DNA of 64,000 nucleotides from a virus. The DNA lies in the IMG/VR virus record IMGVR_UViG_3300028844_003474, positions 1-64,000 of that record; one strand, written 5' to 3'. Below the pieces are notes generated by a model that saw nothing but the letters and a program-made list of their open reading frames with translations, had not been told where the DNA came from and did no database searches. The position numbers and the translations under genes are program-made. Shown in pieces: positions 9,184 through 19,133 of this stretch. Within the stretch, counting starts at the first letter, position 1; each line of letters starts with the position of its first letter.

Positions 9184-10617
9184 TTAGCTACGAATGCACT
9201 CGAGGTGCAAGCAGTTAGTAGCCCGACGAATGCTGATACCACACTCTTTTAAGAAGTGTACAGCTGATCCATCCACGTCAGTTGCACGCAATGCATTTCC
9301 ACCAAAACCTGGAGGAACTGAAGCGCCAGCTACTGCCCAACGAACTAACTCACGATTCTTACGAGTAATCATACTCACATTGTTCTCTCCGTCGTATACA
9401 CTCATATCGAGGAAGATCATCCGATAGCTCTCTAAAGGAAGACCTGTAACGGGGTGACGCTCGCTAGCAAGTGAACGCGCACCGTGATCAAACAAGGGCA
9501 AGTGACGCACAGTAATGGTGTGCCCATCAATGTGCTGGTACTGCGTAAAGAATCCACCAAGAGACAGATTACGACCGCTACCTCCAATAAAGGTTCCAGG
9601 ATCTGTATTCTTAATGTAAGTCTGGTTAGACAGCTCTTCTTTCATAGCATTGTCAAACTCTTCCATGCCACCGAGACCCGTAAAGAGTACGATGTTCATT
9701 TGAGAGGCGTCAGAAGCACCATACAGAGCGTCACGAACAACAGACTTTAATTTCGCTGCCGTCAATGTAGAATAAGTATCTACGTTTGGAATCTGCTCAA
9801 GCACGCCGCTACCCAGAGGAATTACTTTACCGTTCTCATCACGCAAGTGAATAAGACCGTCAGCATCTCTGTTGTAACGAGAGTACCACAAAGCAAGCTC
9901 AGCTTCTTCCTTCCAACGCAACATGTGCTGGTACTCTTCAAAATCGTACCACAAGTTAGTTGAGCGACCACCAACGTTAAATTCAAAATTCACAACGCGG
10001 TCAGGCATGTTGCCTTCGTAGCGATATGACTTACGAATTAAGCTAATTTGGTTACGCATTTTGGAAGGCGCGACCCAGTTGCTCTCATTACCACGCGATC
10101 CAGAGAAAGCGTTAGCTGCAAAGAGCTGCACAGCTTGCTTATTAGATAAAGAATCTTGCGTAATTGTAGTAGCATTGATGCTAGAAGTTACCATTTGAAC
10201 CATGTAAGTCCAACCTCCATTAGATTGAACAGGGTCCGCAGTAACTCTTAATTGCGTGTTTGCTGCATTACCAAACTCAATAATGTAATTCTTAACAAAC
10301 CAACGGTCGTTAAAAGTTACTGTACCACCGCCAGTAGCAGTAATAGCACTATTACCCACGCACATGACGCTCTTGTTCAAGCGACCCATAACAGGGTAAT
10401 CGTATTCTACATCATTGATGTACTTTACATTTCCCATACCTTCCGTAAGGAAAGAAAGAGGGAAACGCTTATCCTCACGCCCAGAAAGGTGCGTAATTAC
10501 AGGGGACAAAACGTCCGGTTGTGTAAGCAGAGCATTAGCTAACGAGTTCTCGTCAGTCATGCCATCTGCATTAAATACATCTTCGTATAAACGAAGTTTT
10601 TTTAAGTTATCAGACAT
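9184..10617 (-). CDS. Major capsid protein (crAss-like)
   Basis: 477 aa; FPLSFLTEG, RNQISLIRKSY, LFTGxGGxxEF, GHTITVRHLPLFD motifs; terminase-portal-scaffold-MCP synteny. Confidence 0.92.
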   Translation of the reverse strand: MSDNLKKLRLYEDVFNADGMTDENSLANALLTQPDVLSPVITHLSGREDKRFPLSFLTEGMGNVKYINDVEYDYPVMGRLNKSVMCVGNSAITATGGGTVTFNDRWFVKNYIIEFGNAANTQLRVTADPVQSNGGWTYMVQMVTSSINATTITQDSLSNKQAVQLFAANAFSGSRGNESNWVAPSKMRNQISLIRKSYRYEGNMPDRVVNFEFNVGGRSTNLWYDFEEYQHMLRWKEEAELALWYSRYNRDADGLIHLRDENGKVIPLGSGVLEQIPNVDTYSTLTAAKLKSVVRDALYGASDASQMNIVLFTGLGGMEEFDNAMKEELSNQTYIKNTDPGTFIGGSGRNLSLGGFFTQYQHIDGHTITVRHLPLFDHGARSLASERHPVTGLPLESYRMIFLDMSVYDGENNVSMITRKNRELVRWAVAGASVPPGFGGNALRATDVDGSAVHFLKECGISIRRATNCLHLECIRS

Positions 10618-10636
10618 AATTTAGTCAATTTTAAGT

Positions 10637-11740
10637 TTAGAGTAAGTCTCGTAAATTAGGTAGTGAGACCGATTTTGTAACACTCGACTTACTACGAGAC
10701 TTCATCCTAGTCGAAGCGGATGGTTTACTCTGAAGCTTTTCTTTTAAGCTTTTAGTCTTCTGGGTGTTACTTACGTTTTTAGCCAGTTTTGATAAATCAA
10801 ATCCTTGGTAAATTAAATACTCTAGGGCTAGTGCTGTTTCCATGTCCATACCGGACCTATCTTTATCTCTTTGGGTAACACCAGTTTTCTCAACAGGTTG
10901 AGTCATCCAATCATAAAATTGGCGTCTCTGTTTAGTAGGAATTTGCATACCTTTTAACTGTCCATTTTGAATAGTTTCAGATACGCTGTTCCAATATTGA
11001 GTTGCTTGTTCTCGTTGCTGATCTGCCTCTATTTTTTGCCTTTCTAAAAGTTGAGACTTATAAGTTTCTTGTTGCTTTTTAAGCTGAGTTAAATATACAT
11101 CTGCATTGTCCTTCAAGATTCCAGCATCTTCGTATGCTTCAGTCATACGAGTAACTTCTTCCTCTCCGAACCCTTGGGCTCTCATACCATCTTGAACAAC
11201 TCTCTTTTGTATAGCAATATCATTATCGCTAATTTCAATAGAATTGTAGTCCATTTCGGCTTGCTGTGCTTGGAAATAAGCTTGAGGATCTCCATTATTT
11301 GCTCTGTATTGGAAATACTCTCTTACATCAGGGAACTGTTCAAATAGTTGCCCTACTTGCTCTTCCGCCATTTTATTGGCTACTGCTGACGTATATTGAG
11401 TTAACCCATCAAAATCATCTGAAAAATCTCCGTCTACGCTATACCCTAACCTTTCAGTAAGGGTATCAATAATAGAAGATTCTGGGTCAGCTTCTGGTTC
11501 TGAAACTAATTCTGGTTCAGAAGCCGCAGCTTCTGGTTCTTCTTGAACATTATTTACAGCTTCTGTTTCAGGTTGTTCAGGAGTTTGAACTGCTTCTTCA
11601 GGCGCTTCTGTTTGTGTTTCTGTTTCCGCGTCCTCTGCAGCTGAAGTTTCAGGTGTTTCTGCTGCAGGCGCTGGTGCATTATCATTTAGCCAATCAACCT
11701 GTTTAAGGTTATCAAGACCAAGTCCTTTGTTTTCTGCCAT
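10637..11740 (-). CDS. Capsid scaffolding protein (crAss gp77-like)
   Basis: Acidic Glu/Pro-rich N-terminus, helical body, between portal and MCP. Confidence 0.7.
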   Translation of the reverse strand: MAENKGLGLDNLKQVDWLNDNAPAPAAETPETSAAEDAETETQTEAPEEAVQTPEQPETEAVNNVQEEPEAAASEPELVSEPEADPESSIIDTLTERLGYSVDGDFSDDFDGLTQYTSAVANKMAEEQVGQLFEQFPDVREYFQYRANNGDPQAYFQAQQAEMDYNSIEISDNDIAIQKRVVQDGMRAQGFGEEEVTRMTEAYEDAGILKDNADVYLTQLKKQQETYKSQLLERQKIEADQQREQATQYWNSVSETIQNGQLKGMQIPTKQRRQFYDWMTQPVEKTGVTQRDKDRSGMDMETALALEYLIYQGFDLSKLAKNVSNTQKTKSLKEKLQSKPSASTRMKSRSKSSVTKSVSLPNLRDLL

Positions 11741-11790
11741 CTTTTTGAATGTAAGTTATATAGTGTTTTTCTCAAAAGAGATTTAAACTG

Positions 11791-13938
11791 TTATTTACTA
11801 TCGGTTTTTCCGTCATTATTATGATCGGTATCCTTGGATGCTGCTTGAATTAGAGCTACTTCTATCTTATTTTGACGGTCTAATTCCTTTTGTTCTGCCT
11901 CCATAGTCTTCTCTAATTGAATTTCTTGCATCTTAGCTTGAGCTTCAGCTTGAGTCTTTTGTTGCTCTTGTTGCCCTGCTAATTGAGCAAGTTTTTGCTG
12001 CTTGGCTTCAACCTCTTTTGTCAGCTGTTTAATTCTAGAGAAGTTATCTGCATCTAAGATTTCTGCAATAGATGAAGCACCGACTCCGTTTTGAGCCATA
12101 GACTGAAGCATTTGACGCATTTGCTCTAGCTTTTTGTTTTCTTTACTTGAGTTTTTAGCAAAGATTCCAAACTCTGTTTCAGAGTAAGAAACTCCTTCAA
12201 TATCAAGCCAGGCATTACGATAGTCGTCCGTAATGTAATTAATTTGTTTCCCTCGTTTAAAAGCGTGTTTTGACAAGTCTAATAAACCTTGATTCTCTTT
12301 TTGTTCAAACTTTTCATACTTCCGGTAAATCTCTTCAGTAATTGCAGTAGATTGAGCAATAGCATCGTTAGTCGTACCCGCTCCGTCTGAGGCCATAATC
12401 TGACCTTTTCTTTGACGGCTGATACCTATGAGCTCTTCCCACTCTTCTTTAATAGCTTGAAGTAGTTGTATTTGAGCAGCCATATACTGCCCTAAAGACA
12501 TGTCTAAAACTTGATATTGGTTAAAGGTAACTCGCTCATTATTCTTTCCTTCTCCTGTAGAATCAATAAAGGCAAACCCCATAGCATCCGCGTAATACAT
12601 GAATTTCTCTTCGTCCCAACCATGACGTTTAGGAATAGTATTCATTTCAATTAAAGCAATTTTATCTTTGTTTTTAGCTATAGTTAGTTCTAACCGATAG
12701 TGAAAAACGTTATATAAAATTTGATAGGGGATACCTAAAGAACATACGCTAATATTTTCAGTATGTCTTTCAGAGTACGCTCTGCCATTGTAGGGCAGTT
12801 TGCAGACAGAAATATTTCCCAAAGAGTTGCGTTGACCTACAACTGGCTGTATACCGGCATAGATATCTCCATCAAGCTCATATCCTTCCCATACTTGATT
12901 TATCCAATACCACTCTACTGCTTCTCCTTCCTCCATGTTTGGCTTGTAGGTATCTGTGACATAAGACATTTGTTCTATTCCAAACTCGTCTATGTATGTT
13001 AGAATACCTACTTTTCTAAAGCTTTTCCAGACGACGTGCAGCACTTCGACGTATCTGTCGTTTTCTCCGAAGTTGTCTGCAACACGCTGCAAGAAGGGAA
13101 TATTAAAAGAGCCAGAACGGTTCCTAGTATGATCCTCGATTTGGTCAATCTCTTTATCACTAAGTAAATCATAAAATTGGTCTATTACAGCATTAACACT
13201 CATAAGTTGACGACGGACTACCCAGTCTCCGTCTTCAATAAATTCTATATCTGGGCTTTTAGAAAAATCAATATTTAAAGGGCTGACAATTTCATATTCA
13301 ACCTCATCCATGCAAATGCCTTTGTAACTGTACACATACCCTGTTACAAGCCAGTCTAAAAAACCTTTTTGCATTTTATCTTCAAGGTCTAGCTTATCTT
13401 TTAAGTAGTTTAAAACCTGCTGACCTACAACAGCTCTTGAGTCTTGATAAGAACTATTAAAGTGGTTTTCTATTTCTTCAGGAGTTTTAGGCTTTGCCTC
13501 TGGCATACCTAAATCAACTCCTTGCTTTTGTACTTCTTGAATAAACATTTCTTGGAGATTAGCTAAAATTTCTTTTTGCTTTTCACTCTCCATTTTAGAT
13601 ACAGCATCCGAATTGCTTACGGTAACCATATAGTTGCTAGGGCGTTGTGTTTTTTCTCCAATAAGAAGATCAATAACTGGTTTAATAATATTATAGTTTC
13701 GAAGTTTTGCAGGAAAATTACGTTTTTTGCCAGAGCTAGAGTTGTAAGGATTAACAACATAGTTGTAATCACTCTCTCGCATCTGACCATTATAAGCTTC
13801 GTAAAGCTTAAGTAAATCGTGTTTACCAGTTGCGCTAAACGTAGACTCTTTAATAAAGCCTTTAACGCAATCGATACCCCATTGCTTTGTTTTTTTAGCA
13901 GTGGAGATTTTTTGTTTTGGTATGTGATTGTGTGCCAT
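11791..13938 (-). CDS. Portal protein
   Basis: 715 aa; NYNIIKPVIDLLIGE, WINQVWEG, CKLPYNG, GISRQRKG motifs; C-terminal Gln-rich coil. Confidence 0.92.
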   Translation of the reverse strand: MAHNHIPKQKISTAKKTKQWGIDCVKGFIKESTFSATGKHDLLKLYEAYNGQMRESDYNYVVNPYNSSSGKKRNFPAKLRNYNIIKPVIDLLIGEKTQRPSNYMVTVSNSDAVSKMESEKQKEILANLQEMFIQEVQKQGVDLGMPEAKPKTPEEIENHFNSSYQDSRAVVGQQVLNYLKDKLDLEDKMQKGFLDWLVTGYVYSYKGICMDEVEYEIVSPLNIDFSKSPDIEFIEDGDWVVRRQLMSVNAVIDQFYDLLSDKEIDQIEDHTRNRSGSFNIPFLQRVADNFGENDRYVEVLHVVWKSFRKVGILTYIDEFGIEQMSYVTDTYKPNMEEGEAVEWYWINQVWEGYELDGDIYAGIQPVVGQRNSLGNISVCKLPYNGRAYSERHTENISVCSLGIPYQILYNVFHYRLELTIAKNKDKIALIEMNTIPKRHGWDEEKFMYYADAMGFAFIDSTGEGKNNERVTFNQYQVLDMSLGQYMAAQIQLLQAIKEEWEELIGISRQRKGQIMASDGAGTTNDAIAQSTAITEEIYRKYEKFEQKENQGLLDLSKHAFKRGKQINYITDDYRNAWLDIEGVSYSETEFGIFAKNSSKENKKLEQMRQMLQSMAQNGVGASSIAEILDADNFSRIKQLTKEVEAKQQKLAQLAGQQEQQKTQAEAQAKMQEIQLEKTMEAEQKELDRQNKIEVALIQAASKDTDHNNDGKTDSK

Positions 13939-15965
13939 TAGACAAATAATTCGCGGTCAAAGAACCCGTTTGTACTCTCTACTGATTGCTCTACTACCGG
14001 TTTATTATATAAATCAACCATAAAAAACATTCCTATTAACAAAGCAGAAACGCGGTCAAAGTTGCCCTGGTCGTTCCATTTAATGAGCTCATCAATTAAA
14101 CCTACATCATAAATATTATGCAAGTTTAACTTCCATTCATCCTTTTCGTTTTTACTTCTTTTATCTTTTAACCAGTCCCTTAAATATAAGACAGCCTGAG
14201 CTTTACGCTGCTTACTTCCCATAGAAAGTCCGTAATTACGTCCTAAGGACTTTGCTTTAAAGTTATTTGAACGATCGAAAATTTCAACTTCTTCCATAAG
14301 ACGATGCAGGTTTTTTGTACGTTTTGCGTACGGAATTACCTCACCTCGATCATTTTCAAATCCAATCTTAGCATTATAATATTCTGCTAAATTAAATAGA
14401 ACTTCATTGTAATCATCCTGAGTTTCAGGACGTCCTACGTATGAAGCTACAATCATGTCATCTGGTTTACTAAAAGGATTAGGACGCTTAAGCACATAAG
14501 CCGATCCAAGAGAATTACCAGTAGAAGTATCATGAGCATAAGGGTCATGCGCAATAAAGTATAGATTTGAGGGAACCTGGTCATTTTCATCACGGTATGG
14601 AGCTTGATACATAACTACACATCCTGTAATGTCATCACCTCTCTGGTGAGGAAACTTTGATACAGGACGTGCTCGTTCCGAAGGTTTAAACTTTAAACCA
14701 TCTTTTGTATTTACGAGAAACCCGGCTGTGCCCACATGTTGCATAGATTTTGTGCGGATGATGTGGCCCCTATGATCCACAAGGGCGGCAGTAGGGAACA
14801 CATTATTACTAGTTTGTAAAAAGGCTTCTCTAGGTTTCCACGGATACTCTGTAATATGTTTATCATAAACTGCGACATCTTTTGTTTCTGTTTTTATTCT
14901 TGACCGTTCATTCTCTTCTTGAAACTTGGCTTTGTCCTCAAGGCTATTGCCATCTTTATCAATAAAGCCAATCTTGTTTCTATAAGATGGAAAAAACCAG
15001 CCGCAATGAGTCCCTTCTCCTCCATCATCCCATATGTTGCTAACTGGCAATAAGTTATAAGGCGTAGGATTGTAAAACATAGACTCAAAATCTATAGTGC
15101 CTCCTTCCATATCACCACCTGTACCAAAAATAATCATCTGGCCTGTAGTAATTCCACCGTCTTCTACAGTTGGACGGGTTGCCATAAATGTGTTTTTCAA
15201 ATTAGAAAAAGCTCCTGCCTCTTCGAATATTACAAGAGTTGCGTCTTTACCACGCGCAGCATCTGGGTTGTCTTTAAAGGTAATAGCCTCAACCTCAGAC
15301 TTGTATCCTTTTTCAACGCCTTGTCCGTTTAAATATTCTAAGTAGCTTGCTTTTTTATGATTTTGTTTATCGATCATACTTCGGCGTTTAGCCCATCCTG
15401 TATGCTCATTAATAAAATCCATATTAGCCGCAGCCATAGTCATGATGCCCTTTGGGTACAAGTACTTTTTGTCAAACGCGCAAAGTAAAGTGTAACTGTT
15501 TTTTACAGTGTTGTAAGTGTTAGTAGTAACTGCTGCATTCTTATATGAAAATCCTTTACGACGTGCCTTTGATACAATTAAATGATGGCCGCCTCCTAAC
15601 CATTCGTCTTCTACTTTTGTGGATAGATAAAGCTTGTCTAACGCTTTTGGCGTAATGCCATTTCTGGCTATTTCCATTAACCAAAAATATTCGTAATCTC
15701 CGTCCCAGAAATGCGGAAATGCAATACTTTTAGTAGCAGATCTACCCTTAATTTCTTCTGTTAGTTTTATTTGACAGTAGTTTAAATAAAAGTAATGGTG
15801 TCCCGTAATGGTAGTATCGCCTACAGTATATCCGTTTTTGCAGCGATCTAGTTCTTCTGTCCAGTAATTAAAGAATTCTTGACTACCTGGAGGCGCATCT
15901 GTATAGATACCTCGTTTTAAAAACCGACGTGCAGCCTCTCTAAAGTATTCAGTGTTCGCTAGCAT
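13938..15965 (-). CDS. terL: Terminase large subunit
   Basis: ITGHHYFYLN, Walker A KARRKGFS, Walker B VIFEEAG, nuclease HDPY and NFDRVSA. Confidence 0.95.
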   Translation of the reverse strand: MLANTEYFREAARRFLKRGIYTDAPPGSQEFFNYWTEELDRCKNGYTVGDTTITGHHYFYLNYCQIKLTEEIKGRSATKSIAFPHFWDGDYEYFWLMEIARNGITPKALDKLYLSTKVEDEWLGGGHHLIVSKARRKGFSYKNAAVTTNTYNTVKNSYTLLCAFDKKYLYPKGIMTMAAANMDFINEHTGWAKRRSMIDKQNHKKASYLEYLNGQGVEKGYKSEVEAITFKDNPDAARGKDATLVIFEEAGAFSNLKNTFMATRPTVEDGGITTGQMIIFGTGGDMEGGTIDFESMFYNPTPYNLLPVSNIWDDGGEGTHCGWFFPSYRNKIGFIDKDGNSLEDKAKFQEENERSRIKTETKDVAVYDKHITEYPWKPREAFLQTSNNVFPTAALVDHRGHIIRTKSMQHVGTAGFLVNTKDGLKFKPSERARPVSKFPHQRGDDITGCVVMYQAPYRDENDQVPSNLYFIAHDPYAHDTSTGNSLGSAYVLKRPNPFSKPDDMIVASYVGRPETQDDYNEVLFNLAEYYNAKIGFENDRGEVIPYAKRTKNLHRLMEEVEIFDRSNNFKAKSLGRNYGLSMGSKQRKAQAVLYLRDWLKDKRSKNEKDEWKLNLHNIYDVGLIDELIKWNDQGNFDRVSALLIGMFFMVDLYNKPVVEQSVESTNGFFDRELFV

Positions 15966-16534
15966 CAGTCTTCGAACATTCCTTTTTTACCGCCACCTCG
16001 TAACTTGCTTTCTCCGCTTTGTTCTTTCTTGACCTTTTCTTCCAAATCATTAATTACATTAGTAATTTTGGGAAGTTTTTCTGCAATATCCAGCAGTTTG
16101 TTTACGTTTTTAACGGCTTCGCCGACCGTATCTACTTCTTCTTCGTCTGCTGCCAGCAACGTTTCAATACGTTGAGTCAGCGCATTAATTGCTTTTTCGG
16201 AACTGATTAAAGCTTGTTTTGTCGTAAGTAATGTTTGTACTGTAGGTGTATTTTGAAGTTCTTTATACTTGCTAATCGCAGCAATCATACGCTGCGAAGA
16301 TTTAAAGTCTCCAGGTAAATCTACATCCTTACAAACTCTAATGTGTCGTTCTTTTTCTTCATACAACTGGTATGGTGACTTATAGTCGTACATGTGGTAG
16401 ATGTATCCAAACCATTTTGTTGCAAGTTTTTTGTTTCGATCTTTATCCTCTGCTATAAGCTTAGAAAATTCTAGTATAATCTTTATTTCAGGATCAACAA
16501 TAACCTGAAATCCTTCTAGCTTAAACAGACTCAT
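15965..16534 (-). CDS. Putative terminase small subunit
   Basis: Immediately upstream of TerL, helical/coiled, ends RGGGKKGMFED. Confidence 0.55.
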   Translation of the reverse strand: MSLFKLEGFQVIVDPEIKIILEFSKLIAEDKDRNKKLATKWFGYIYHMYDYKSPYQLYEEKERHIRVCKDVDLPGDFKSSQRMIAAISKYKELQNTPTVQTLLTTKQALISSEKAINALTQRIETLLAADEEEVDTVGEAVKNVNKLLDIAEKLPKITNVINDLEEKVKKEQSGESKLRGGGKKGMFED

Positions 16535-16763
16535 TTATTCTTTTTTTACCTTTTTCAATGTTTAAGCGTCTCAGCCTGTAAGGATTAACCGAAAACCGTC
16601 CAAAATAGGGAAGTCGTATACTTTCAAATAATCCTTTTGCCATAATTTTTGCAATAAATAAAAATTGACTATCTACAACTCCTTCAATCTCCGCAATACT
16701 GCTTCCAATCTCCTTTTGGATTTCTTTGTATACCTCGTATTTTAATTTATTTCTAGCCAACAC
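16521..16763 (-). CDS. HU/IHF-like DNA-binding protein
   Basis: IRLPYFGRFSVNP signature; basic; typical of crAss-like packaging region. Confidence 0.7.
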   Translation of the reverse strand: MLARNKLKYEVYKEIQKEIGSSIAEIEGVVDSQFLFIAKIMAKGLFESIRLPYFGRFSVNPYRLRRLNIEKGKKRINESV

Positions 16764-16801
16764 AAATAATTAAAAGAAGTAATAGTAAGGGTATAGCAGC
16801 T

Positions 16802-17107
16802 TTATTCTTCATATGTATCAAAGCTTGGAAGGTATCCTGTTATAGAATAAGTGAGCGTAGGGATTGGATCTTCTGGTAAAGGCCATAAAGGATCATCTCC
16901 GCCACCTCCGTCATCTCCTCCATTCTCATCATCATCATCAGGATACCATAGTAAAATAGATATTTCATCTTCGCTAAAACTTATTTCGTGATTAGGGAAT
17001 ATTACACCCTCATCTTTAAACCTTTGGAACTGTTTATCTAAATACCAGAATGCTATGTCCAGCTCCGTAGGAAAGTTAAATTTTACTTCAATCATTCTGG
17101 ATTTCAA
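16802..17107 (-). CDS. Hypothetical protein with Asp/Gly low-complexity tract
   Basis: ORF track. Confidence 0.5.
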   Translation of the reverse strand: MKSRMIEVKFNFPTELDIAFWYLDKQFQRFKDEGVIFPNHEISFSEDEISILLWYPDDDDENGGDDGGGGDDPLWPLPEDPIPTLTYSITGYLPSFDTYEE

Positions 17108-17426
17108 ACTCTATGCTAGTTAGCTTTTCTTTAGGACAGACTAAACTGTTGTATTTATATACTCCAGTAATATCCTTGTAAATACATCCTTTGTCTTTTA
17201 AAGACTTGATGTAATTATTTAGCACAGCTACATTTTTCATGTTTAGCCGTTTTGCTACAATTTTTCGAGCTAGAGCTTGCCCGCAAACACGTGCGTCGTA
17301 CTCAATAAACTCTGCTAACACCTTAAGCTCAGTGCCTGTTAGGTTTAGCACGCCGTTGAGAAGCTGTAAGTACTCAACTACATAGTTGTTCTTATTCAGC
17401 GCTACTTGAACCTTCAGTTTCGCCAT
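17088..17426 (-). CDS. Winged-HTH DNA-binding protein
   Basis: LTxxELKVL...RKIVAKRLN...LNNYIKSLKDKG. Confidence 0.65.
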   Translation of the reverse strand: MAKLKVQVALNKNNYVVEYLQLLNGVLNLTGTELKVLAEFIEYDARVCGQALARKIVAKRLNMKNVAVLNNYIKSLKDKGCIYKDITGVYKYNSLVCPKEKLTSIEFEIQND

Positions 17427-17694
17427 ACTTTTTTACGTTATCAATTTTTCTGCTTAAACGTTTTCCAAGCTGTTGTCTAATGCATTTAAGCAAAAGAATA
17501 ACAACTTGATTTTCTGTGCTAAATCGTTTTTTATTTAATTGGTAAAAACGATCAATTAACATATCAACTACTTCTTCGTTAGTTGTTCCTGAAACATACT
17601 TGCCGTCTGCCTTTTCTGTAAACTGAATTTCTTGATACTCTTTGCTTTTAAAATTAAAAAGCTTGTATCGAATCCCCACTTTAATTGCTTCCAT
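17392..17694 (-). CDS. Acb2/Tad1-like helical hairpin protein (divergent)
   Basis: QxIQF...GTTNEEVxxMLIDRxxxL...FSxEN...L...LxKR pattern. Confidence 0.5.
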   Translation of the reverse strand: MEAIKVGIRYKLFNFKSKEYQEIQFTEKADGKYVSGTTNEEVVDMLIDRFYQLNKKRFSTENQVVILLLKCIRQQLGKRLSRKIDNVKKYGETEGSSSAE

Positions 17695-17778
17695 TATTAC
17701 TGTCCTGTCTCTCTAACGTAACATATGGATTTAACATACACAACATGAGCGAAGCGAAAAAATTTCAAACCAATATAT

Positions 17779-17937
17779 TTAATCGCCATCAAATTCACCC
17801 AGTGGCTCCATCACTACGTCAATTATAACAATTTTCCCTACTTTATTTTGTACTACTACTACAGAACAACCAGGCCAAGACCACGCTGAATAAACATCAT
17901 TATCGTACCCATAATATTCGTGATCTAGTATCGCCAT
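17779..17937 (-). CDS. 52-aa hypothetical protein (not in ORF track)
   Basis: Hand translation MAILDHEYYGYDNDVYSAWSWPGCSVVVVQNKVGKIVIIDVVMEPLGEFDGD, A-rich upstream. Confidence 0.45.
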   Translation of the reverse strand: MAILDHEYYGYDNDVYSAWSWPGCSVVVVQNKVGKIVIIDVVMEPLGEFDGD

Positions 17938-18012
17938 TTTTGTAATGTAACAAGTAATCGCCGTTGGAAAGAATAATTGCGCTTGTCAGAATTTAACAAT
18001 AACTTTATTCAT

Positions 18013-18240
18013 ATGCTCGTAGGGGTATCCAGTAAACGAATTCGTAAAATAGAAGCTGACCTCAAGCTTCTTATGGAAGATCGTAAATCCCATCAAAAAC
18101 AAATTGAAAACTTAATTCAATTGTTTGAGCAATACACTACTGAGTTAGATCGTCGTAAAACATCTTACAAAGTGTTAATGCGTAAGGCAGGTATGGCCCT
18201 GTCATTTATCGCCGGGGTATCCCTCCCCCTTTATATATAA
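18013..18240 (+). CDS. Coiled-coil protein with hydrophobic C-terminus
   Basis: ORF track (ATG at 18013); possible upstream TTG-N20-TAACTTTA Bacteroidota-type promoter. Confidence 0.5.
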   Translation: MLVGVSSKRIRKIEADLKLLMEDRKSHQKQIENLIQLFEQYTTELDRRKTSYKVLMRKAGMALSFIAGVSLPLYI

Positions 18241-18330
18241 GCCCCCCCCCTTTACTCTGGGGTATTGAGTGTGAAGACCACTTAGCGCGGCACCCCCCGC
18301 TCTCTCAAGTTCGAGCAGGTCCCCCCCACG
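18211..18330. other. C-tract-rich strand-switch region; candidate genome terminus/packaging or origin region
   Basis: Several C5-C9 runs within 120 nt at the boundary between late (minus) and early (plus) blocks. Confidence 0.4.
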
Positions 18331-18332
18331 CA

Positions 18333-18358
18333 AAATTAACAAGCAGCGATGTGGTAGC
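18333..18358 (+). promoter_or_regulatory. Phage motif copy 1 (degenerate)
   Basis: AAATTAACAA-GCA-GCGAT-GTGG-TAGC; shares GTAGCGCAAT with copy 2. Confidence 0.5.
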
Positions 18359-18424
18359 GCAATGCGGACGAGTCAGACGATGTTGTCTGCCCGTAAAATA
18401 GAATCGCACTGCGTTCACACACAC

Positions 18425-18832
18425 ATGGCAAAAGCCACTAACCTTGCAGCACGCACTACACAGCGCACTGCACGTCTGCTCGACGACACTGAGCGGAAGC
18501 AACTCGGACTGCCTGAACTGGCTGACCTGCTGATAGCACCACGTCCTACAGACGTCTATCATCATGCATTGGTCACCAAGGATGGTGCACCCATCGTAGC
18601 TGAGGGACGCGAAATACGCGTTCAGATCCAGAGACGAACAACCGTGGACAGTAAGACTGAGTACCATAAGCTTGCATGGTGCGACATCTTGGCTCTTCTC
18701 GGTGGTCGGGACTGGCGTCACTTTGCAGCTTGGAAGGGATGGTATAACACTGCTGATGAATCTAAGGCTGTAGCTGAGGTTCAACTACAAGTTGTACTGA
18801 CTCCTGCACCTGACATGGCTAAAGCGATATGA
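18425..18832 (+). CDS. Early hypothetical protein
   Basis: ORF track, likely start MAKATN; GC-richer codons. Confidence 0.65.
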   Translation: MAKATNLAARTTQRTARLLDDTERKQLGLPELADLLIAPRPTDVYHHALVTKDGAPIVAEGREIRVQIQRRTTVDSKTEYHKLAWCDILALLGGRDWRHFAAWKGWYNTADESKAVAEVQLQVVLTPAPDMAKAI

Positions 18833-19059
18833 TCGATCCAGTAAGACGTACGACTCGAGTCGGCCCTGATTTGATTATCGAAGAGTTTGACTCGGAAGAA
18901 GGTCAATGGATCTGCATTGATGTGAGGCATGCTCCGTGTTGCCATCATTGTGGTGACGATGATCATCACAGTTATGAATGTACAAACAGCGACCTGAACT
19001 GGACGCCTGAAGAGTCTGAACTGTCCATTGAGGATTCACCTCAGTATGGAGACTGCTAA
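18829..19059 (+). CDS. Small CCHC zinc-knuckle protein
   Basis: C-HH-C-GDDD-H-HSYE-C matches CX2CX4HX4C; ATGA-coupled. Confidence 0.65.
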   Translation: MIDPVRRTTRVGPDLIIEEFDSEEGQWICIDVRHAPCCHHCGDDDHHSYECTNSDLNWTPEESELSIEDSPQYGDC

Positions 19060-19080
19060 GCGAATTTGATTCGCACACCT

Positions 19081-19110
19081 AGGGGTGGGGATAGTCCTCA
19101 CCCCTTTATT
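19081..19110 (+). terminator. Intrinsic terminator
   Basis: AGGGGTGGGGA-TAG-TCCTCACCCCT followed by TTATT. Confidence 0.75.
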
Positions 19111-19133
19111 ACCTATAATACACACTAATAAAT

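Noticed and set aside
18305-19078. Minus-strand ORFs 18305..18784, 18781..18969 and 18875..19078
   Set aside because: Antisense to coupled plus-strand genes that have an upstream motif and a downstream terminator
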